Below are positions 38,053 to 45,241 of a stretch of 58,217 nucleotides of DNA, piece after piece; the first letter of the stretch is position 1, and every line of letters begins with the position of its first letter. The DNA lies in sequence record OR589135.1. The stretch is one strand, 5' to 3'. This DNA is from Pseudomonas phage UF_RH7. The notes under the pieces were generated by a model. The model saw only the letters and a program-made list of their open reading frames with translations. It made no database searches and was not told where the DNA came from. The position numbers and the translations under genes are program-made.

Positions 38053-38549
38053 GATTTAGCTCCAGTTGAAAAGTCCTGCCAGGCACCCCAGCAGTTGACA
38101 ATGGAAACGCCTTGTTTCATGGCGTAGTCCACACAGTTTGATGTGCCGCCTTTTGACCCGTTGTGCAGCGCCAGCAGCATCCCGCAATGGTCGACCATCC
38201 ACTGGTTGCGAATAGACATCTTCCCTGGCGCATAGGCCCCTCTGCTGACGACAACGGTCTGTGCCGCTACCTGAAGCAGTTGACGGTATCCCACCTGGTC
38301 GCCATTATTCCACATGGCTTCCTGCCCGATGAACGGTACTGCGGCGATGAACGGTATCTTCAGCAGCACGCATGCTTCGGCGACAGCCGTGTCCCAGCCG
38401 AGCGCCATGCCGGAAATGACCTTCTCGATGGGATGAACCTTGCCCATGGACTGCAGGCAATCCACGGCGAATTCGCGTAGCTTTTCACGGCTTTCTGCAG
38501 AGTAGCCGCCGAGCTTTTCCGGCCGGTGGCCAGTGGCTGCGATTATCAT
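38049..38549 (-). CDS. YpsA/DUF1273-like SLOG-family protein (Rossmannoid nucleotide-binding).
   Basis: 166 aa. ATGHRPEKLG, GMALGWDTAVAEACV and NQWMVDHCGMLLALHNGSKGGTS match the YpsA pattern (ITGYKPFELG...; NQFIVDHSD...LLYD...GST). Confidence 0.55.
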   Translation of the reverse strand: MIIAATGHRPEKLGGYSAESREKLREFAVDCLQSMGKVHPIEKVISGMALGWDTAVAEACVLLKIPFIAAVPFIGQEAMWNNGDQVGYRQLLQVAAQTVVVSRGAYAPGKMSIRNQWMVDHCGMLLALHNGSKGGTSNCVDYAMKQGVSIVNCWGAWQDFSTGAKS

Positions 38550-39157
38550 TCCCCGCCCCCTTGATAGCTGTCATCGTGCAGCCCGGACTGCTGGCGCTCG
38601 ATGATGATGTGATCCAGGCGGTCGGTCATCGCTTTGTTCTTCAGCGCGCGCCAGTGGGATACCATGGCTGACTTCTCACTACAGGTCACCCACTGTTCCC
38701 AGTGGAAGGACTCCTGACGCCCGGACTGGAAGAAGCGTTTCTCACGCCGGTATTTCTTGCCTTCCAGCTCCACGGTATACATGGGGTGCATCTTCCCTTC
38801 GGTGCCGCGCCAGCCGGTTACCGTTACGATGACCGGGTGGAACTCTTCAGTCAGCGTCTCCGGGTGGAGTATCGGCCGCTCGATCTTGGCCAAGTGGGCG
38901 ACGACCTCATTGTCATACGGCGACACCCGGCGCAGAGAGTAGCCGACCTCTGCCTTTCCGCGCAGCGTGAACGAGGAGTGCTCCACCCATTTGCGTTTAC
39001 GGATGCAGAAGTGACTGCATACGGCACGCGTCTTCGTGATGCGTGTAATTCTCAGGACCAGGTACATGGTGCCGAACGCGCATGGCCCGAAGAACATCAG
39101 GTCGCCGATCTTCGGTTCGCCATGGGCGTCCCAGCGTTTCTGGAAATCTCCGATCAT
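38546..39157 (-). CDS. Hypothetical protein.
   Basis: About 203 aa from ATG 39157 (ATGA overlap with the upstream gene). The ORF extends to 39193. Confidence 0.45.
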   Translation of the reverse strand: MIGDFQKRWDAHGEPKIGDLMFFGPCAFGTMYLVLRITRITKTRAVCSHFCIRKRKWVEHSSFTLRGKAEVGYSLRRVSPYDNEVVAHLAKIERPILHPETLTEEFHPVIVTVTGWRGTEGKMHPMYTVELEGKKYRREKRFFQSGRQESFHWEQWVTCSEKSAMVSHWRALKNKAMTDRLDHIIIERQQSGLHDDSYQGGGE

Positions 39158-39366
39158 AATTCGGTATCCTCTAAAAAGTTGATTAACCCGCATTCACGGC
39201 ACACCACTTCTCGCGGCAGGCCGTTCCAGTAACTGCTGATAACCTCGCAGTTGTAGTGGCTGCAGGCTTCCTGGCGGCGCTGCTCCGCCTCCCGCTCTGC
39301 GTAGTCCAGCGCCTCTTGCTGCCGGCGGCGCTCCTGCCGCATTCTCTGGCTATTGCTCATGGCCAT
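39154..39366 (-). CDS. Small Cys-pair (zinc-ribbon-like) protein.
   Basis: 70 aa. CSHYNC...CRECG. Confidence 0.4.
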   Translation of the reverse strand: MAMSNSQRMRQERRRQQEALDYAEREAEQRRQEACSHYNCEVISSYWNGLPREVVCRECGLINFLEDTEL

Positions 39367-39787
39367 CGTCAGACCCCCAGTCTACGAAGGCACAGCCGTC
39401 CTCCGTTCTGACTTCTGCCGTGCGGCTGCACGCAGGACATTGAACTTCGTCACCTTCGAACAGCAGGAAGGCGTTTCCTTTCGTCGTAAAGGCGTGCAAA
39501 ACACCAAATCCGCAGCTCTTGCATGGCCCGAGCCAGCTAAGCTTGAATTCGTCACGCCGAGGTTCCGGCAGCGGTGCCCATTTGATAGGGGCGATTTGGC
39601 TGGTGCAGAAGGTATCTTTGTTCCCGCACCACTCCCGCCACCTGCCGTCGACAAACCGACATTCGACCCAGGCATTCCCGTTGCGAACCATACCGTTAAC
39701 CGAACGGTCGTATTCGAAGGTGTGGGTCAGGATCAGCACGCAGGTGCCATCAGTTGGCGCGGCGGCCATGTCTTGAACGTTGCTCAT
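39350..39787 (-). CDS. Hypothetical Cys-rich protein.
   Basis: 145 aa. CPACSRT, CKSCGFG motifs. Confidence 0.4.
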   Translation of the reverse strand: MSNVQDMAAAPTDGTCVLILTHTFEYDRSVNGMVRNGNAWVECRFVDGRWREWCGNKDTFCTSQIAPIKWAPLPEPRRDEFKLSWLGPCKSCGFGVLHAFTTKGNAFLLFEGDEVQCPACSRTAEVRTEDGCAFVDWGSDDGHEQ

Positions 39788-39966
39788 AGCTCTTCATCCT
39801 CTTGCCAGTCATTGACCTCATAACCGGCTTCATATGCTTTACGGTAGCCCTGAAAATCAATCGGCTCTACGAGCTGACCGGATTCCAGGATTTCATCGAC
39901 ACGCGCTTCGTCGTGCTCTTTCCATGCGCATTCGCTTTCATGGTGTATCAGGTAGAACGTGGCCAT
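39784..39966 (-). CDS. 60-aa protein with acidic C-terminal tail ...DWQEDEEL (likely true product of ORF 39784-40140 from its internal ATG).
   Basis: ATG at 39966-39964 is coupled to the upstream zinc-ribbon gene via TAATG. Confidence 0.45.
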   Translation of the reverse strand: MATFYLIHHESECAWKEHDEARVDEILESGQLVEPIDFQGYRKAYEAGYEVNDWQEDEEL

Positions 39967-40172
39967 TACGCGTACCCCGAGCCTATGCCGTTTCCATGCC
40001 GACGGTGGCCGACGTGGAATTTCATGCAGAATGGGCACTGGTAGACGTGCAGCTGACCCTGGTGCCCGCGGCTCCTGACGAGCGATATGATCGCCCGCGC
40101 CGCCTTCTCTGCGGTTTCGTGTTTTATCTTCCCTTCGCACGTTCGCCGGCGAAGTCGTCTTTTGCTGGCCAT
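39966..40172 (-). CDS. Zinc-ribbon small protein (…YQCPFCMKFHVGHRRHG).
   Basis: 68 aa. Basic N-terminus, C-terminal CxxC. Confidence 0.45.
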   Translation of the reverse strand: MASKRRLRRRTCEGKIKHETAEKAARAIISLVRSRGHQGQLHVYQCPFCMKFHVGHRRHGNGIGSGYA

Positions 40173-40181
40173 GGCGCGCTC

Positions 40182-40889
40182 CTACAGCAGATTCGAATCA
40201 TCGAGGATGTGCCACCACTCTGTTCGCTTTTTATGCCCCCATGTCTTTTCTACATGGCGAACGTAGGCGCCGTTGATGTCCTTGGCCTTCTCGATCACCT
40301 GCAGCTCGTTGGCCAGTTGGGCATCGTCGTGGATGTTCGAATACGGCGAGATGACTACCGGGTGATTGAACATCGCCTGCCCGTCGGTGATTCCAGCGTG
40401 TCGGCGCTCCAGCGCGCGCTGAAGGACGAACCGGCGCAGCAGCAGGTGATAATCGTCATACTCCGTCGTCAGGCCGGTGGAGTACGGCGCGACCGAGTAG
40501 ATGACGAACTGCAGCTGATCTATCGGCCATTCGTCCATCAGGTCGTTCTCGCTCACAGGTTTCCGGCGCGAGCGGAGGATTCCGTCGAAGATGCAGCCGT
40601 CTTCCCAGACGTCCCGGTCATCGGTCTTGCTGATCATCCAGGTATCTACGCAAGACGGCATGCTGTTGGCCATGGCCATCAGGTGCTCGGCGACGGTCGA
40701 TACCGCGTAGTTGTTCACTTCCGGCGCCCGGCCGGCAGTACCGTTCAGCCACATAATGAAATCGTCAATGTCGATATGCGATTTCACGATCGCCTGGGCC
40801 GGCGTGCCGATTAAAGCCGGCATCATGATCGCCGGATACTCCAGACCAGTGCCTTCGAACGGCAGCGGCTCCTGCAGGTTTATCCTCAT
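40182..40889 (-). CDS. Hypothetical protein (235 aa).
   Basis: ORF with overlap-coupled neighbours. No confident domain. Confidence 0.45.
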   Translation of the reverse strand: MRINLQEPLPFEGTGLEYPAIMMPALIGTPAQAIVKSHIDIDDFIMWLNGTAGRAPEVNNYAVSTVAEHLMAMANSMPSCVDTWMISKTDDRDVWEDGCIFDGILRSRRKPVSENDLMDEWPIDQLQFVIYSVAPYSTGLTTEYDDYHLLLRRFVLQRALERRHAGITDGQAMFNHPVVISPYSNIHDDAQLANELQVIEKAKDINGAYVRHVEKTWGHKKRTEWWHILDDSNLL

Positions 40890-41173
40890 GGCAGATTTCC
40901 TTCAGTGGTCAGCAGGCACCCCAGCGCTTCCAGCATGTCGAAATACTTTTTCTTCTGCTGGTGGCACTGCTTGTTGATCTGCTGCACCTGAAGCTCGGTC
41001 ATCCGGTCTTGCTCCTGGCGGCGCGGGACATAAACGGGAACGGTCCTGGACCCGTATTCCGGCACCAGCAACAGACAGATGTTCCTGCTGTGGCGCGACA
41101 TTCCTACCCGGAGCGAGAATTTCATGCCGCTCGGGTAGGTGCTTATCACTTCTTTCAGGCGTTCAGGGGTCAT
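40886..41173 (-). CDS. Hypothetical protein (95 aa).
   Basis: ATGA coupling to neighbours. Confidence 0.35.
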   Translation of the reverse strand: MTPERLKEVISTYPSGMKFSLRVGMSRHSRNICLLLVPEYGSRTVPVYVPRRQEQDRMTELQVQQINKQCHQQKKKYFDMLEALGCLLTTEGNLP

Positions 41174-41361
41174 AGTTCGTCCCTCAAGTGCTCCCAGGTT
41201 TGTTGTTCACCCCGGTGCGCGGGCGTCAGTGTCGCGCCGCATGCCGGGCATTCGCAAAGGAGAACGTCATCGAGCCGGCCGCTCAGGTCGCTGTGCTCCA
41301 GGGCTTTCAGATGACAGGCTTCCACTTCAAAACGGGTATTGCATGACGAGCAGATTTTCAT
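41170..41361 (-). CDS. Small zinc-finger protein (CxxC…CxC…CxxC), ends ...RDEL.
   Basis: 63 aa. Cys pairs. Confidence 0.4.
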   Translation of the reverse strand: MKICSSCNTRFEVEACHLKALEHSDLSGRLDDVLLCECPACGATLTPAHRGEQQTWEHLRDEL

Positions 41362-41369
41362 AGCATCTC

Positions 41370-41966
41370 CTACTTCGACCGCTTGGTTTTTCCCCGGCTA
41401 CCGCGCTGGCGCTTCTGCTGGTTGTCCTGCAGCTGCATCCAGAAAGGCTTCTGCTTAACCGGCTCCTGCTGATTGTCGGTCAGGTATGTTTCAAGGTCGG
41501 ATAACGTTAAAGGACGGCCGCAGCGGGCAACATCAGCTTTCAAAATCAGAAAGTCTGTTTGCGCTACACGCCGAAATGCTTCTCGCCACTTGGCCATAAG
41601 GACGCCCAGGTCGTCCGGCAAGTGGGCGGTTATCTTCGTCTCAGCGAACCCGTAGGCGACCGTTTGGAATCGTCTTATGTGCTTCACATCGATGGCTCTC
41701 GGCATCTCCTTCAGCTGAGGATAGCGATGCGTCGGCGAAATCCCGCGGACAATTCGAGGACAGCTAGCGTAGATCTCTGCCTGGCTTTTGCCGCCGTGCA
41801 GACGCTCTTCCAGCTCTTCGTGGAGTTCTTCGCCCAGGGCTTTCATTTTTGAGCGGTAGTCGTCATCCGGCAGGCCGTTATGTTCGTAGATGAACTCGTC
41901 GTGGATGACGCGGGGGATTTTGATAGTCACGATATTTCTCCGATTATCTGTAGAAATGAAGGTCAA
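41370..41966 (-). CDS. Hypothetical protein with basic C-terminus (198 aa).
   Basis: C-terminal KRQRGSRGKTKRSK suggests nucleic-acid binding. Confidence 0.4.
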   Translation of the reverse strand: MTFISTDNRRNIVTIKIPRVIHDEFIYEHNGLPDDDYRSKMKALGEELHEELEERLHGGKSQAEIYASCPRIVRGISPTHRYPQLKEMPRAIDVKHIRRFQTVAYGFAETKITAHLPDDLGVLMAKWREAFRRVAQTDFLILKADVARCGRPLTLSDLETYLTDNQQEPVKQKPFWMQLQDNQQKRQRGSRGKTKRSK

Positions 41967-42294
41967 GAGATATGATCGTCTTTACCGGTATATTATCGAT
42001 GTGCTGTTTCTCAGAACAGGTCATGTAGTCCGCTTCTTTCCAGGTGCCGTATGTTTCCTGGTAGGCATAGCTGACCATCATTTTTCGGCGTTCATAAAGA
42101 CGGGTGTCCATTGCGCGGCGACCGAATCCGTTAAACCGGCGAAACCCGTGGATAAGGCCGTTGATGGAGTGCGACCTTTTATTTTCTGAAGTTATGGCCT
42201 GCAGGGCTTCTTTCAGCGCCGAATATTGCCGGAAGAAGTATTCGCCTTTCTCTTTGGCGACGATTGCTTCTGCGGTAGTGGTCAATGTTTTCAT
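41944..42294 (-). CDS. Hypothetical protein (116 aa).
   Basis: ORF only. Confidence 0.35.
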   Translation of the reverse strand: MKTLTTTAEAIVAKEKGEYFFRQYSALKEALQAITSENKRSHSINGLIHGFRRFNGFGRRAMDTRLYERRKMMVSYAYQETYGTWKEADYMTCSEKQHIDNIPVKTIISLDLHFYR

Positions 42295-42345
42295 GGCCGT
42301 CTTTTCTCTTTGAAGAGCGCCCTGTCCGGGCGCCGGGATTTCAGG

Positions 42346-42723
42346 TTAGCGAACGTCAATGTCCGGGATGATGACCGACGGCTTGAACGTGACACGGTAG
42401 AAATACTTGCTGGCCTTGGCGCCGTCGACCTGCTCCATGAACCAGGTCACGTTGTCACTCAGCCCCAGCATGTGCTTTTTGTAGGTCGCCGGCCCGGTCT
42501 GGCAGACGACACCAAGCGTGGTCGCCGTGCTGCTGTTGTCCTTCGAGCACAAGCCCTCGATGGTCAGCAGATACTCGCCGGTGATCCCGTTGTAGAAGAC
42601 AAAGCGGCGATTGACTTCGAAGTTGTCGCTGGCAGTGCTCAGGTTGCGGGAAACGACGTCGGCGTCGTTGACGTCGCAGCCGGCCAGGGCTAACAGAGAC
42701 AGGGCAATCAGGGATTTCTTCAT
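42346..42723 (-). CDS. Lipoprotein (signal peptide + lipobox LAGC); moron-like, candidate superinfection-exclusion factor.
   Basis: Real start MKKSLIALSLLALAGC at 42723. Own promoter (TTGCAA-17-TAAATT, 42802-42774) directly after a terminator. Confidence 0.55.
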   Translation of the reverse strand: MKKSLIALSLLALAGCDVNDADVVSRNLSTASDNFEVNRRFVFYNGITGEYLLTIEGLCSKDNSSTATTLGVVCQTGPATYKKHMLGLSDNVTWFMEQVDGAKASKYFYRVTFKPSVIIPDIDVR

Positions 42724-42773
42724 GGTGTTCCTCGTTTGTTGCGGGTTATCGCCGGTGTGGCGGGTTGATTTAT

Positions 42774-42802
42774 AATTTAGATGATACAAAACTTGTTTGC
42801 AA
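42774..42802 (-). promoter_or_regulatory. Candidate sigma70 promoter TTGCAA-17-TAAATT for the lipoprotein gene.
   Basis: Read from the sequence. -35 TTGCAA followed by a GTTTT tract as in the other putative promoters of this phage. Confidence 0.4.
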
Positions 42803-42826
42803 GGTTTTATTGAAATTAATTTAGGC

Positions 42827-42859
42827 AAAATAAAAGGCCTCTTATCGAGGCCTTCTGTT
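42827..42859 (-). terminator. Rho-independent terminator aggcctc-gataa-gaggcct + ttttatttt (minus strand; also hairpin-competent on the plus strand).
   Basis: Perfect 7-bp GC-rich stem with T-run. Confidence 0.65.
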
Positions 42860-42971
42860 ATCCGAGAAGCCAGACTGCCCACTTCAGGAACAGGCCGACA
42901 ATCGGGATGAAGATGACGATGGCCAGTACCGTGGCCAGCGCCGTTCCGAAGTCAGGTTTTTGCTTTTCCAT
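42858..42971 (-). CDS. 37-aa hydrophobic single-TM peptide (MEKQKPDFGTALATVLAIVIFIPIVGLFLKWAVWLLG).
   Basis: Manual translation. Not in the ORF track (below 60 aa). Ends at the terminator. Confidence 0.35.
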   Translation of the reverse strand: MEKQKPDFGTALATVLAIVIFIPIVGLFLKWAVWLLG

Positions 42972-43176
42972 GTGCCAATCGTCTCCGTGCTGCCGTCAGC
43001 GCAGATCGCACTGGGTGAAGCCGGCGCCGGTTCTCTTCCGCCTGGCGGTCGATGGCCTGCTGAAAAGTTTCAACGCACTCCGGCGGGTCGGGATCGTTGA
43101 CATCCCAAGTCTTGCCGCACGCGCTACAGGATACCTGATCGCTATACTGGCGCGGCTGGCGGTGTGGGTTCTTCAT
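42952..43176 (-). CDS. Small Cys-containing protein (74 aa).
   Basis: CSACGK...PPEC motif. The overlapping plus-strand ORF 42907-43617 is judged spurious. Confidence 0.35.
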   Translation of the reverse strand: MKNPHRQPRQYSDQVSCSACGKTWDVNDPDPPECVETFQQAIDRQAEENRRRLHPVRSALTAARRRLAHGKAKT

Positions 43177-43555
43177 CGTTGGTGTCTCCGTTTTGCTGCA
43201 TGTGATACCACGCTACGAGGTTCTCCAAGTGAGGGAACACCGGGATGCCGCAGTAATGCGCATGATACATTTCATTCCGCGTGCCTACGCTTTTATCATA
43301 GGCATGCGGCTCCGTTAGCAGCACTGCATCGCATTTCCGCATCATCTCCAGCGTGCCCTTCAGGAAATACTCGTCGCTTACCTCCGGCACGTCCAGCTCC
43401 ATGTGGGCAGTGCTCATGTGCGGGACTACCGGGAACATGTTCAGTTGCAACTGGATCACCTGCAGGCCGGTGCGCCGGGCGGCCAGAATATTCTGCTCGA
43501 CAGTCTTCCCGCCTTCGACGTGCCGGTATGGGCCGGCGATGTAGATCAGCATCAT
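43142..43555 (-). CDS. Nucleoside 2-deoxyribosyltransferase-like / dNMP N-glycosidase-like protein (DUF4406-like).
   Basis: About 137 aa from ATG 43555 (ATGA overlap with the upstream stop). Signature MMLIYIAGPY. Confidence 0.5.
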   Translation of the reverse strand: MMLIYIAGPYRHVEGGKTVEQNILAARRTGLQVIQLQLNMFPVVPHMSTAHMELDVPEVSDEYFLKGTLEMMRKCDAVLLTEPHAYDKSVGTRNEMYHAHYCGIPVFPHLENLVAWYHMQQNGDTNDEEPTPPAAPV

Positions 43556-44163
43556 GCTTCGTCTCCCAGGTTCAGGTGGGTGCAGCCTCGCATGCCTTCC
43601 CGGACGATGCGCCATAACACGACGGCCTGATGGCGGGCATCATCGATGCCGATGTGCGGCGTGCCGTCGAATGGGGTGTTGGATCGGAAGCCGGGGAACA
43701 GGGAATTCAGCGTTCTGAAGCACCGGTGACCCCACCATGGCCACGGCGTACCGAGGTCATGTCGTGCATAGGCATTGGCCAGCCATAACGCATCTGCCAG
43801 TTCGTCGTTACTCCACACCTCAACCTGACTGCTATCCACGCCGTGCTTAGCAGAGAGGCGCTCTATCCAGGCGGTCAGTGCAAGCAGAGCTTCTATCTCC
43901 GGGACAGCATTGCGTTGATGATGCGTGATATGCAGGCGCGAAGCGTCACCCTGCCTCATCCACCACAACACGGTTTGCGGGTCGACATGGCCGCCGGAAA
44001 ACGCGCTGTCTATCAGAATATGGCTGTCAAACGTTGAGATGATAAGGTCATGCCGGTTTCCGGCACTAAGGTCGAACGCGACGGCCGAGATAGACAGCAG
44101 GGCAGCATTGGCCTTGGTGCTGAGGCTTTCGCAGTCCAGCATAATTCGCAGCGGGGGAATCAT
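43552..44163 (-). CDS. DEDDh-family 3'-5' exonuclease (DnaQ-like).
   Basis: 203 aa. Exo I MLDCESLS (DxE). Exo III-like HIGIDDARHQAV (H-x4-D). Confidence 0.5.
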   Translation of the reverse strand: MIPPLRIMLDCESLSTKANAALLSISAVAFDLSAGNRHDLIISTFDSHILIDSAFSGGHVDPQTVLWWMRQGDASRLHITHHQRNAVPEIEALLALTAWIERLSAKHGVDSSQVEVWSNDELADALWLANAYARHDLGTPWPWWGHRCFRTLNSLFPGFRSNTPFDGTPHIGIDDARHQAVVLWRIVREGMRGCTHLNLGDEA

Positions 44164-44699
44164 AGTTCATCATCCTCTTCAGGTGCTGGCGCAGCAGCAG
44201 GTTTTACGGCGGGCGGGAATGCCCAGGCATGCAGGTCTGCCAGCAGCTCCATGCCTTCTTTTTCGTCCATCATCGGCAGCGCCAGCAGGCGGCTCTGCAG
44301 CGAATCCGGCAGCTTCGGTTCAACGTTCTCAGCGTCCTTGGCCTTCTGCCATGCGCCTTTCTGCGTTACCGGCGGCTTGACGCTGGCCGGGAATACAGCT
44401 TCGACGCCGTGCAGTGCCGCCTGGGTGGCGAGGTAGTTGAACGACCCTTGGCACTTCTCGGCGGTCTCTTCCAGCAACCACTGCATTTCCTGCAGGTCGC
44501 ACGCCGTGGACTCCAGCAGCTCGTTCTGCAGCATGCCGGTGACCAGGTGGCGGATCGTCGGGTAGAAGCCCACCAGCGCGCGGGTCTCTTCGCCAGGGTT
44601 CTTCGACTCCAGGCCTTTCTCTTTCAGCTGGTGGAGGATGAACTGGTATTTGTCGCTGGTGATGACGTAGGCATCGGCGACGCGGATTTCGATTGACAT
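44160..44699 (-). CDS. Hypothetical protein with acidic tail ...APEEDDEL.
   Basis: 179 aa. Own promoter upstream. Confidence 0.5.
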   Translation of the reverse strand: MSIEIRVADAYVITSDKYQFILHQLKEKGLESKNPGEETRALVGFYPTIRHLVTGMLQNELLESTACDLQEMQWLLEETAEKCQGSFNYLATQAALHGVEAVFPASVKPPVTQKGAWQKAKDAENVEPKLPDSLQSRLLALPMMDEKEGMELLADLHAWAFPPAVKPAAAPAPEEDDEL

Positions 44700-44720
44700 A
44701 TGGATTCCCCTTTATGAGAT

Positions 44721-44773
44721 GTCACCGGAAAGCATAATGCAATAAAAACGTGTTTGCAACGATTTCCGGTGAC
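44721..44773 (-). promoter_or_regulatory. Promoter TTGCAA(44759-44754)-17-TATGCT(44736-44731) embedded in a perfect 11-bp inverted repeat GTCACCGGAAA / TTTCCGGTGAC (44721-44731 / 44763-44773).
   Basis: Read from the sequence. The inverted repeat brackets the promoter, so a repressor operator or hairpin is likely. Confidence 0.45.
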
Positions 44774-44779
44774 TAATTA

Positions 44780-45229
44780 TCAGAACTTCTTGCCGCCTTC
44801 TTTTTCCCGGTTCTCCGGCTTGTGGTCGGCGCGGTCGACGTTGTATCCCCACTTCTCGATCAGCGCACCGCCGACGTCATAACCATGTGCCGCCGCGTAA
44901 TCCAGGATGCGGATAATGGCGTCGGCCAGTTCTACCTCCGGCATCTTGCGGTGAGGAAGATGGTCATCCATCAGGCCTTTCCGCTCACCTTCGAACGCTT
45001 CGACGATTTCGCTGACGATCAGCATCAGCGTCTCACCTTTGTTGCGCAGCACCAGCTGCCCGGACTCGTCCTTTTTCCACCAGCCGGCATTGATGTTTTG
45101 CTGCAGGATGCGTTTCTGCAGCCATTCGAAAGTGGACGCCACTTCGATCAGGTCAACCGGTTGAGCTTCCAGGTTCTCTACTTGTGACAGGCGGCGAGCC
45201 GCCCGGTAAACATTGGTTTCATTTTTCAT
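44780..45229 (-). CDS. MazG-like nucleoside triphosphate pyrophosphohydrolase.
   Basis: 149 aa. EVELADAIIRILDYA motif (MazG E-x2-E-L-A-D). Confidence 0.55.
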   Translation of the reverse strand: MKNETNVYRAARRLSQVENLEAQPVDLIEVASTFEWLQKRILQQNINAGWWKKDESGQLVLRNKGETLMLIVSEIVEAFEGERKGLMDDHLPHRKMPEVELADAIIRILDYAAAHGYDVGGALIEKWGYNVDRADHKPENREKEGGKKF

Positions 45230-45241
45230 TGGTTTTCTCCG

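Noticed and set aside
39784-40140. 118-aa version of the acidic-tail ORF
   Set aside because: The N-terminal 58 codons overlap the zinc-ribbon gene in another frame and are Arg/Pro-rich. The internal ATG with TAATG coupling is the more plausible start.
40182-40889. Possible ThyX (flavin-dependent thymidylate synthase) assignment for the 235-aa protein
   Set aside because: The size is compatible, but the diagnostic RHRxxxxxxxS / SGRY motif is absent (only RSRRKPVSEN). Left as hypothetical.
42907-43617. 236-aa plus-strand ORF
   Set aside because: Antisense to three coupled minus-strand genes. Arg/Ser/Ala-rich low-complexity translation.
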